Part shown: piece by piece, positions 49,819 to 58,257 of the stretch
Layout of the letters: every line of letters begins with the position of its first letter
Numbering within the stretch: position 1 is the stretch's first letter
Source of the DNA: a virus
Strand: one strand, 5' to 3'
Virus record (IMG/VR): IMGVR_UViG_3300023179_000016
Span: 89,400 to 153,399 of that record
DNA length: 64,000 bases
Position numbers and translations under genes: made by a program
Notes under the pieces: generated by a model
The model's input: only the letters and a program-made list of their open reading frames with translations
What the model was told of the DNA's origin: nothing
Databases searched by the model: none

Positions 49819-51513
49819 ATGGCTAAAAAACCTTTAGAAATAGATATGATAGCTGGTTCTCAATTGAGAGACACTCAAGGTGAAATGTTGAGTGTTGAGG
49901 GAGCTGATATAAGCGATTTGCAGGCCGGTAAAGGTCGATTAAACGATAATCACGGAAAAGGCTTCTTTAATTCGATTGGTACAGTAACAGACGCAAAAAA
50001 AATATTTAAAAAAGAAGACTGCGAGAACGACCGCCACTCCTACTATTGGGATAAGGTGAAGGCACCCTTTATATACGTTAGAGGTTATCTCTTCGACGAC
50101 GAAGATCATCCCAACGCAAGAGCCGCTGCAGCAATATTAAGAAACATCCATAAAAATGATTCGCCTCTTCAACTAAAAGCTTCTGTAGAGGGTGGAGTGT
50201 TAGCAAGAGGCATATCTGACAATACATTGCTTGCAAAAACAAAGATACATTCAGTCGCCCTAACATTCACTCCAGCCAATAAAAATACTCTTGTAGAGCC
50301 TGTCAGTCTAGATAAAACTTCTTTCAATGAAGAAGAGGACACCAGAATAATAAAATCTGTGCTTCATCTAGCAAAAACTAATGTTCCTTCTTTTAGACAC
50401 ATAGTAAGAGATGCTGCAGCTCAAAAGATAGAAGATAACTTAAACAAGATATCTGATTTATCTAAAAAACTTGGATTGCCGCAAAATTTTTCTAATATAT
50501 CCAAGCAGTCCATCTTGGAAAACGCAATAGAAGACAAAATAAAGCACAATGTTGCATTGATTCATTCTATTATCACTGGATCAGAAGATTTAGACAAGGG
50601 TTTAAAAGAAACTGGATTAGCTGCTGCACTTAGTGCAGGTTTAATGGCCTCTACTCCACAACAGGCAGAAGCAAAAAGATATAATCCACCTGTCGCTAAA
50701 AGACCCATTAGTGCGGTTGTAAATAAAAAACCGAAATTAGGTTCAATGGTCATAAGAAATAATGATCACGCTCCTCATATTGCTATGTATGAAAAAGTTA
50801 AACAAACCAATCCATTTTTGGGAATTACAGGTTTTATCGAATCTTCTGGCGGACTTCAGCACGATGGACATATAACCTTAACAGCTAAAGATATGAATTA
50901 TGGTCATACTGCTGGAGGAATATGGGCGATGTTACCAAATCATGCGGCCTTTACTATCTCAAAAGATAAACAGTTAGCCGCCAAATATCCGCAATTAGCT
51001 AAATTAGCAAAAACAGTAAAAAATAAAAATTTCAAACATCACATATTCACCAACACATTTAATAAAGACCCTCAAGCTGCGGCAGATTTTGCAATATCTG
51101 CCTATAATTATTTGCGCACTAAATTTAAAAGTTACGATGCCATGGCTGCAGCATGGAATATCGGAATCAGCGGAACAATGAAATTGCTTAAAAATGGCAA
51201 AAATGCATTAGCAAATTTAGGATATGTTCAAAAATTTAGAAAAGGGTATCGTGAATATTTGAATCAGAGAAGACTTGCGTCTGATCGGGCAGATAATATG
51301 TCAAAAGCTTTGATGGCTGGATATGGTGGCGGATCTGCACCGACATCAAGAGTGGGTGGCGCGGTATTGCAATCCGAGTGGTCACCTAAGTCATTGAAAT
51401 ATATAACATGTGACAGATGCGGAAAAGAACAAGTTCACGCAAAATATCAAGTTAAGTGTAGACATTGTAATGATAATTTTAGTTTAAAAAAATTAAATGA
51501 AATTTTAAGTTAA
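49819..51513 (+). CDS. Prohead (capsid maturation) protease with SLT-like domain, capsid N-arm-like segment and C-terminal zinc ribbon
   Basis: RDTQGE, LNDNH, ASVEG, VALTFTPAN protease motifs; IESSGG..GIWAM..AAAWNIG SLT-like motifs; KALMAGYGG; CDRC..CRHC. Confidence 0.8.
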   Translation: MAKKPLEIDMIAGSQLRDTQGEMLSVEGADISDLQAGKGRLNDNHGKGFFNSIGTVTDAKKIFKKEDCENDRHSYYWDKVKAPFIYVRGYLFDDEDHPNARAAAAILRNIHKNDSPLQLKASVEGGVLARGISDNTLLAKTKIHSVALTFTPANKNTLVEPVSLDKTSFNEEEDTRIIKSVLHLAKTNVPSFRHIVRDAAAQKIEDNLNKISDLSKKLGLPQNFSNISKQSILENAIEDKIKHNVALIHSIITGSEDLDKGLKETGLAAALSAGLMASTPQQAEAKRYNPPVAKRPISAVVNKKPKLGSMVIRNNDHAPHIAMYEKVKQTNPFLGITGFIESSGGLQHDGHITLTAKDMNYGHTAGGIWAMLPNHAAFTISKDKQLAAKYPQLAKLAKTVKNKNFKHHIFTNTFNKDPQAAADFAISAYNYLRTKFKSYDAMAAAWNIGISGTMKLLKNGKNALANLGYVQKFRKGYREYLNQRRLASDRADNMSKALMAGYGGGSAPTSRVGGAVLQSEWSPKSLKYITCDRCGKEQVHAKYQVKCRHCNDNFSLKKLNEILS

Positions 51514-51612
51514 TTTGGGTAATATATAGGTATATATATTGCATGTTTAAGTGCAACCCATGGTATAGTATTAATAAATTAAGTTTACCTATTAGGTTAA
51601 AGGAGAAAGTTC

Positions 51613-52014
51613 ATGGCAAATTCAAAGCAGATTCTGCAAAAGCTCGCTCGTAATGCAAAAACAATCGGGCTCACTGTAAATTCTGAAAGTCAGACTGCAG
51701 TGGTTATCGAAAACGGATCTAACGATCTTACTGTTAGTTATGTTGACGCCTCATTTAGTCCAGCAGTTGTTGGTGGAGTAGACAGTTCTGTCTCTCCATA
51801 TCTTGGCATTGGAGTTGGAGCCCCTGGAAAAATTAAGATTAAATCCGCATCCAACGCAGCAGGAACAATTGCTGATGTTATGGACAGTGCAGTTGCTGCA
51901 CAGGTTCTAGCTATGTGCGCATCTATGGCAAACGATCTTAGCCTTGAAAATAGCGATGCCTCATTCTCTGCTTCCCTCCGTGGACACAGTGATCTTCTTG
52001 GTATGGGTCAATAA
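51613..52014 (+). CDS. Small head structural protein (decoration-like, putative)
   Basis: Ala/Ser/Gly-rich 133 aa between protease and scaffold; strong SD AAGGAG; TGGTATAGT upstream. Confidence 0.45.
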   Translation: MANSKQILQKLARNAKTIGLTVNSESQTAVVIENGSNDLTVSYVDASFSPAVVGGVDSSVSPYLGIGVGAPGKIKIKSASNAAGTIADVMDSAVAAQVLAMCASMANDLSLENSDASFSASLRGHSDLLGMGQ

Positions 52015-52044
52015 CAAATTAAACAACCTTATTAGGAGATCGAT

Positions 52045-52860
52045 ATGGACGAACAGCTAACAAAGAGTCTGACTGATCTGATCGATGAAACTCTCAGTGA
52101 ACTAGAAGAGCTTCGCAAATCAAAGATGTCAGCTGCTGAAATTAAGTTAGAGGGCCCTGGCGAAGGAATCGCAGGTAAACCTTCCGACGGTAAACTTGAT
52201 GCTAAAAAGGCAGACGACGAAGACGAAGAAGAGTCTGAAGACGAAGATGAAGAGGCTGAAAAGGCTGAAGCAGAAAAATCTGAAGACGAAGGCCACGATG
52301 AAGATGATCCTGCAGATAAGCCTTCAACTGGTCGTAAATTAAAAGCTATCATGGAATCCAAGAAGTCTGAAGACGCAGATGATGCCGATGAAGACGAAGA
52401 AGAAGACGAAGTTGAAAAGTCTTGGAAGATGGACAAGAAAGAAAAGAAAGACGACGACAAAAAGGAACCCCATAAGGACGACCCAAAGCATGAAGAAAAA
52501 GAGAAGAAAATTGCGAAAAAACTTCTCGAAATGCATAAGTCTACCGAAGAGGTTGGCTCTCTAATGAAGAGCTATGTCGAAGAGCGGATTAAACCGTTCG
52601 AAGAAAAACTCGAGACCATCCTCGAGCTCGTCAATTCAATTGCTGAGCAGCCAGTTGCCCCAAAGGGTGTTACCGTCAAGACGGCGCCACTCCTCAAGTC
52701 CTCTACTGCTGAGTATGGTGAAGTACTTTCAAAAGCCGAAATCGCAAACAAGCTTTTTGAACTTAAAAAGTCTGGCACTCGCGTTGATTCCTTAGATATC
52801 GCTAAGGTTGAAATGGGTCAAGACCTTGTTAACATTGTTAAAAAATACGATATTTCGTAA
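52045..52860 (+). CDS. Capsid scaffolding protein
   Basis: Highly acidic/charged, immediately before MCP, many xxKS/KA motifs. Confidence 0.75.
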   Translation: MDEQLTKSLTDLIDETLSELEELRKSKMSAAEIKLEGPGEGIAGKPSDGKLDAKKADDEDEEESEDEDEEAEKAEAEKSEDEGHDEDDPADKPSTGRKLKAIMESKKSEDADDADEDEEEDEVEKSWKMDKKEKKDDDKKEPHKDDPKHEEKEKKIAKKLLEMHKSTEEVGSLMKSYVEERIKPFEEKLETILELVNSIAEQPVAPKGVTVKTAPLLKSSTAEYGEVLSKAEIANKLFELKKSGTRVDSLDIAKVEMGQDLVNIVKKYDIS

Positions 52861-52878
52861 TCAAAGGAGAGCACGAAA

Positions 52879-54330
52879 ATGATGAACGATGCAGTTAATC
52901 AAATTTTACAGGGACTTGACCAGGGTCTGGTATCTCAGGCCGACGTCGAAGCCCTAAATAAGGCAATCACTGCCGGTTATGGTGGCGCAGGTAAACCTAC
53001 CGATCTAACCTACGGCGGTGTTCTTCAGGCTGAATCTCTCGAGGCAACCCTCAAGAGCGTCACCTTCGACATGAAGAATCTAAAAATGTGGCCAGCAATA
53101 TCAGTCGATAAGGCCTACAATCTCTTCGAGCAGTACAATCGCTTAATCAGCTACGGTTCTGATTCTGCGCCTTACCTCGGTGAAGGTGGAGCTCCTATCG
53201 AAGAAGATTCGACATATGTTCGTGACGGACAGAAGATCGTGTTCTTCGGAACTCGTCGTAAGGTTTCGCACCAGATGACGCTGGTCCGTACCACGGTCGG
53301 TGATGTCGTCGCTCAACAGGCAAAAGAAGGTACTATGCATCTTCTGAAAAACGTTGAACGCGAAATGTACTGGGGTCATGCCCACTTCATTGGTCGTCTC
53401 GACGGCGCTAACGACGGCAGCGATGCTGCTCTCCCAGCCAACAGCATCGCCATGAGCGGCCTTCTAAAGCAGCTCAAAAAAGGCGATACTGATGTTCTTC
53501 AGCGCTCTGGCGACTTTGAAGGATACGGTGATGCTCAGTCCATCGTTCAAGATCTCGGCGGAGCAGTTATTGCTCAAGACGATCTAGAGCGTCTTGCAGT
53601 TATCGCGCTTGAAAACTTCGGTTCTCCAAGCGAACTGCATATCGAGCCTGCTGCCCTGTCGTCATTCGTCAAGCAGTTCTATCCTCAGTTCCGTTCTGCT
53701 CCAGGTCTCTCAAATGAGACTGTCGGTTACAGCGTGAACAAGATGACTACCACTGCGGGCGTCATCGACTTCAAACCTAACCTCTTCCTCCGTCCTCGTG
53801 CAGGCGCTCGCGCACTCGCTGTCAGTGCACTCGCTCCTTCGCTCGGATCTCTCGGTGTGGCAACTGCTGCAACGGGTTCTGGTTCTGCTCTCGGTGCAGG
53901 CGTTTACCAAGTTAAGGTTACGCTCGTCAACGACGCAGGCGAATCAATTCCACTTCAGGCTGCTGCAGTTACTCTTACTGCGGGTCAGAAGATTCAGCTC
54001 ACTGTTACTAACATGCCCGCTGGTGTTAAGCACATGAAAGCTTATATCTCTGCACCAGGCGGCGCAGTTGGAACCGAAAAATTCGCAGGCAATCTTGCAA
54101 ACGCTGGCAATACTACCTATGTACTTGCTGGTCGTAAGCAGGCTGGTCTCGGCGAAGCATTCCTCCTCGACATGAGCGCTGAATGCATGAAGTTCAAACA
54201 ACTTGCACCTCTCAGCAAGATTAACTTCGCAATCGTCACCACTGCACTTGAATTTGCGATCGTCATGTACGGAGCTCTCTTCGTATATACTCCTCGCTTC
54301 AACTGTGTGATGGAAAACGTTGGCAAGTAA
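52879..54330 (+). CDS. Major capsid protein, Herelleviridae (SPO1/Twort)-like
   Basis: KAITAGYG N-arm, LQAESLE..LK, EQYNR, LAPLSKINFA..FAIVMYGAL..P; strong high-expression codon bias; terminator downstream. Confidence 0.88.
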   Translation: MMNDAVNQILQGLDQGLVSQADVEALNKAITAGYGGAGKPTDLTYGGVLQAESLEATLKSVTFDMKNLKMWPAISVDKAYNLFEQYNRLISYGSDSAPYLGEGGAPIEEDSTYVRDGQKIVFFGTRRKVSHQMTLVRTTVGDVVAQQAKEGTMHLLKNVEREMYWGHAHFIGRLDGANDGSDAALPANSIAMSGLLKQLKKGDTDVLQRSGDFEGYGDAQSIVQDLGGAVIAQDDLERLAVIALENFGSPSELHIEPAALSSFVKQFYPQFRSAPGLSNETVGYSVNKMTTTAGVIDFKPNLFLRPRAGARALAVSALAPSLGSLGVATAATGSGSALGAGVYQVKVTLVNDAGESIPLQAAAVTLTAGQKIQLTVTNMPAGVKHMKAYISAPGGAVGTEKFAGNLANAGNTTYVLAGRKQAGLGEAFLLDMSAECMKFKQLAPLSKINFAIVTTALEFAIVMYGALFVYTPRFNCVMENVGK

Positions 54331-54356
54331 TAATTGAATTAAATTCAGTTTTCTAG

Positions 54357-54387
54357 AAGGCCGATCTCGAAAGAGATCGGCCTTTTT
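54357..54387 (+). terminator. Rho-independent terminator after MCP
   Basis: AAGGCCGATCTC-gaaa-GAGATCGGCCTT then TTT. Confidence 0.92.
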
Positions 54388-54581
54388 AGTTTGTGAATTA
54401 TGTTGTTTATTTGCCATATTAAGCACATGGTATAATTTTGTAATCAAACGATTCTTCATTGGGATAACTCTAATACTTTATTTATATTATTTACGGCAAT
54501 AAAATTTAATTCTCAACAGAGAATATTGCATTTAATTTTTTTTAATATAGATTGTCGTAAATTAAGCGAAAGAGATAAGGC

Positions 54582-55283
54582 ATGAAAAAAGCGATTTATG
54601 TGTGCGTTGAGGGCGTTGAAGGTGTCGGAAAAACTACACAAGTAGAGTTATTAACAATCAAATTGAAAGAGCTTGGCTTTAAGGTTTTAAAAACTAAAGA
54701 ACCAGGCACACCTCATCTTCCAATTACCATGAAGATGCGCGAATTAATGTTAAGTAATGAGTTCGACAATCAATTGACAAAAAATTCTAGGGAACTCATC
54801 AGTCAAGCAATAAGATCTATTCACATCGAAAAATTAATAATTCCCTCCATGTTTGAATATGACTTTATAATTCAAGATAGAGGTGTATTGAGCGGTTATT
54901 CATATGGCGTATCGTGTGGAAATGATATAGAATATCTTAAACTATTAACTAAAAACTCTATAACTAATGCTCTCAACGCTGGAGACAATGATTTTAATCA
55001 AAGGGTAGAATATATACCAGAATCTATTTATGATTTAGTAATACTTCTAGATGGAGACGTAGAAGATTCTCTCAATAAGGCTATCTCTTCAAAGAATGAA
55101 TTTGAGGCAGGCGACGCCATGGAGTCTCGCGGATTGCAATTCATAAATCGTGTTGCTGATACTATGAAAGAGTATTCATTGATGTTTAATGTTAATAGGA
55201 TTTTAGTGAACAACAAAACTGCTCCTGAAGTTAATCAGGAAATAATGTACGCTGTATTAGGTAAATATAATGAAAAAAAATAA
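54582..55283 (+). CDS. tmk: Thymidylate kinase
   Basis: VEGVEGVGKTTQ, TKEPG, IQDRG..S.YSYG. Confidence 0.88.
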   Translation: MKKAIYVCVEGVEGVGKTTQVELLTIKLKELGFKVLKTKEPGTPHLPITMKMRELMLSNEFDNQLTKNSRELISQAIRSIHIEKLIIPSMFEYDFIIQDRGVLSGYSYGVSCGNDIEYLKLLTKNSITNALNAGDNDFNQRVEYIPESIYDLVILLDGDVEDSLNKAISSKNEFEAGDAMESRGLQFINRVADTMKEYSLMFNVNRILVNNKTAPEVNQEIMYAVLGKYNEKK

Positions 55284-56064
55284 ACCGAAGGTTCTAATTT
55301 ATGACATTGAAACTGCTCCTATATTAAGTTATGTATGGGGTCTTTGGGACAACAACGTTGCCCTGAATCAAATCGCATCTGATTGGCATATATTAAGTTG
55401 GAGCGCTAAATGGTTAGGTGATCCTGCATCTAAAGTGATGTATATGGATCAAAGAAATTCTAAAAATATAGAAGACGATAGAGATATTTTAAAACATATC
55501 TGGTCTCTATTAGATGAAGCTGATATAGTGATCACCCAAAATGGAAAAAGTTTTGATCAAAAAAAATTAAATGCCAGATTTATAATGCATGGTTTTCAAC
55601 CACCAAGCAGTTATAAGCACATCGACACGAAACTTCTTGCACAAAAGCATTTTGGTTTTACTTCATTAAAATTAGAATACATGACTGGCAAGTTGTGTAC
55701 AAAATATAAAAAACTGAAACACGCTAAGTATCCAGGATTCGAGATGTGGCGCGAGTGCATGTCCGGTAATATTAGCGCTTGGAAAGAAATGGAACGCTAT
55801 AATAAGCGAGATGTGTTAGCTCTGGAAGAGCTATACACCAAATTAATACCTTGGGACAATAGCATTAATTTTGCTCTATATGACGAAAGTACAGCCAGCA
55901 ATTGTAAGTGCGGTGGATCGTTTGTTAAAAATGGTTTTTATTATACTACAGTTGGTAAATATCAAAGATATAAGTGTAAAAAATGCGGTTCTGAGTCTAG
56001 AGATAGACAGAATCTTCTATCAGAAGAAAAGAAGCAGAGCTTAAAGATGGGCACTGTTCGCTGA
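55270..56064 (+). CDS. RNase H-like (DEDD) exonuclease with C-terminal zinc ribbon
   Basis: YDIET, NGKSFD, HIDT, YNKRDV..LEELY; CKCG..CKKCG. Confidence 0.82.
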   Translation: MKKNKPKVLIYDIETAPILSYVWGLWDNNVALNQIASDWHILSWSAKWLGDPASKVMYMDQRNSKNIEDDRDILKHIWSLLDEADIVITQNGKSFDQKKLNARFIMHGFQPPSSYKHIDTKLLAQKHFGFTSLKLEYMTGKLCTKYKKLKHAKYPGFEMWRECMSGNISAWKEMERYNKRDVLALEELYTKLIPWDNSINFALYDESTASNCKCGGSFVKNGFYYTTVGKYQRYKCKKCGSESRDRQNLLSEEKKQSLKMGTVR

Positions 56065-56065
56065 T

Positions 56066-56626
56066 ATGCACTTTAAAGAGATAGAGACTAAATATTCTGC
56101 CGATGGTATCGACATGAAAGACTTTGTCGATATTGTGGATTCTCTTAATCCAGAATGGATTATGGTTAGTTCGTACGATGATTATTTTATAAATGACAAA
56201 GATGAGTTTATAAGATATAGATATCATGACACGATGGGCGAATTAACAATTAAAAGAAAAACAACAGACACTAACAATAACAATAGGATAGAGGTTAACT
56301 TACCCACAAACGGCAAGTCCTCTAAAATAGTTGAGACATTTGTAAGTTTATTGGGCTATAAACTTAATTTTAGTATCTTTAAGACATGTAAAATAGGTCT
56401 TCTTGAAAAGGCTGTTTTGGTGTATTATGTCGTCTATGATAGGAATCTCAACGAACTTAGACGTTTTATAGAAGTAGAAGCTAGAGAAGACTATAAGTGG
56501 TCTTCTGAACAAGAAGCCTGGGACGAAGTCCTTAAATATGAAGCGATGCTGGCCCCTTTGGGAATAACAGCCAAAAATAGACTTAAAAAGTCATTATTTG
56601 AGCTTTTTAAGAATACCCTAAAGTAA
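56066..56626 (+). CDS. CYTH-superfamily triphosphatase / class IV cyclase-like protein
   Basis: N-terminal EIETKY (ExExK), DDYF, RYR, LTIK, RIEVN, FIEVE. Confidence 0.8.
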   Translation: MHFKEIETKYSADGIDMKDFVDIVDSLNPEWIMVSSYDDYFINDKDEFIRYRYHDTMGELTIKRKTTDTNNNNRIEVNLPTNGKSSKIVETFVSLLGYKLNFSIFKTCKIGLLEKAVLVYYVVYDRNLNELRRFIEVEAREDYKWSSEQEAWDEVLKYEAMLAPLGITAKNRLKKSLFELFKNTLK

Positions 56627-56697
56627 GTTTTCCCGAAAAACCTATTCGGTTTTATCGCCTTGCGCTGTATAATGCTTATATAGTGTAAGGAGATAAT

Positions 56698-57006
56698 ATG
56701 CGCACTTCCAATCTAGCCAACCAAGCCATTAGACAGGCAGAAGTCGGCCATGTCTGGGTAGAACAGCTCACAAACGCAGCTGGTACCCTCGAAATCCAAA
56801 AATACGCCACATTTAGAGTTAGAGCTGCTGCAGCAGTTACCGTCACAATAGATGGTGTCTTAGCTGCCACAATGACATCTGGAGAAATAATTCTATTTAA
56901 TTCGGGAAGCGGTATTAATGATGCTGCTGGCAATCTTGTACCCACTGTAACTGTAGTTATTACCGGTAATTGCTATCTTCAAGTTGCTCGCGATAAAGAT
57001 AGATAA
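56698..57006 (+). CDS. Small putative virion protein
   Basis: Beta-rich Ala/Thr/Val protein; TGTATAAT 56666-56673 and SD AAGGAG. Confidence 0.5.
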   Translation: MRTSNLANQAIRQAEVGHVWVEQLTNAAGTLEIQKYATFRVRAAAAVTVTIDGVLAATMTSGEIILFNSGSGINDAAGNLVPTVTVVITGNCYLQVARDKDR

Positions 57007-57024
57007 CATAATAGGCATAAGCGC

Positions 57025-58257
57025 ATGAAAACATCTAGTTTTAAAAAAATTCTATTAAGAAAAGTCGAAGGTGATCTTAAACTAACTACTCTTATATCTT
57101 CTTGCACTGGAGAGTTTTTAACTAACAAGATAATAGAGTCATTAGAAAAGATGGCTGCACCTGGAAAAAATACAGGTAGAAATGCCAATTCTGCGATTAC
57201 AAATTTTGCACAAAGACTTTCCAATAGAGATGTTGAAATGATGAGAGATGCCTTAGGACATCATGTTTCTGCTCATAAAGCAGAATTAAAAGCCGGAAAT
57301 AGACAAGCAGCGGATGCACATTTAAATAAGATAATCCCATTAATGCATTTAATGGCTAGAACTGCAGCACATTCTGGTGGAAAACTAGCTTTAGATTATG
57401 TTCCGCTAGAGCCATGGGAAACCAATTATACGGGTTTAGAGAGAAGACCAGAAACTGGAAAATTAAAAGAAGGAACTAAGGGATTAAGGAGACGACCCAG
57501 TAAAACCGATAGAATCTCAAACCCTAGAGGGGTTCCAGATTTTAGATATTTAGAGATGAAACCGCACCCAGGTCATTCAGATGTCAATACTTCTCCGCAT
57601 AAAGAAACCGCCTATCCGTTTGAGGAAATTCAGTTGGGTTCGCCCAGTGCTGTTGATTCTAAACAGGCATATCTACCTATTTCAAATATTCAAGCTACAG
57701 GTACGTTTAAACCTCATCCATTTGACGATCATCCTATACATAAATTAGCAGATTTAGAACAAGATAAAATTTCTAACGATACTATGAATAATTTTGGTAG
57801 CGCATTAGATAACTGGGTAAACCATGATTCATCTAAAAAATGGGGTGAATCCATTAAAAATCTATACGCGTCTAATCCAGAGTCTTATAAAAACAGAGGT
57901 AAACAAAAACCATCACATCATTTTGAAGGTATGAGTATTCTAGATCATCCGAAAGAGGTGGCAGAATATATATCTCAGAACCCAACATCTTCTGTTGAGT
58001 CAACTAAACTTAAAGAACCTAAATCAACTAGTTCAATTTTAACAGATGATCATATAAATGATCTACCGCCAGAATTGCAAAATCTAGGTAGACAGTTGCT
58101 TCAGGGACAAACTACCTCATCACGCATTACGCCATCACAGACCGCAATGTCCGATGAAGACATTGAAAAAGCATTTATAGGTGGAACACCAGAAGATCAG
58201 AAAAGACTTTGGCCACAATTTAAGCAGATTCAAGAAAAGAAACATGGAGCAAGATAA
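57025..58257 (+). CDS. Hypothetical protein, possible internal head protein
   Basis: 410 aa, His-rich, in the head module; LEKM motif near the N-terminus. Confidence 0.5.
   Translation: MKTSSFKKILLRKVEGDLKLTTLISSCTGEFLTNKIIESLEKMAAPGKNTGRNANSAITNFAQRLSNRDVEMMRDALGHHVSAHKAELKAGNRQAADAHLNKIIPLMHLMARTAAHSGGKLALDYVPLEPWETNYTGLERRPETGKLKEGTKGLRRRPSKTDRISNPRGVPDFRYLEMKPHPGHSDVNTSPHKETAYPFEEIQLGSPSAVDSKQAYLPISNIQATGTFKPHPFDDHPIHKLADLEQDKISNDTMNNFGSALDNWVNHDSSKKWGESIKNLYASNPESYKNRGKQKPSHHFEGMSILDHPKEVAEYISQNPTSSVESTKLKEPKSTSSILTDDHINDLPPELQNLGRQLLQGQTTSSRITPSQTAMSDEDIEKAFIGGTPEDQKRLWPQFKQIQEKKHGAR

Noticed and set aside
52045-54330. Higher GC in scaffold and capsid genes as horizontal transfer
   Set aside because: Better explained by high-expression codon bias (ctc, ggt, aac, ttc) in core genes.
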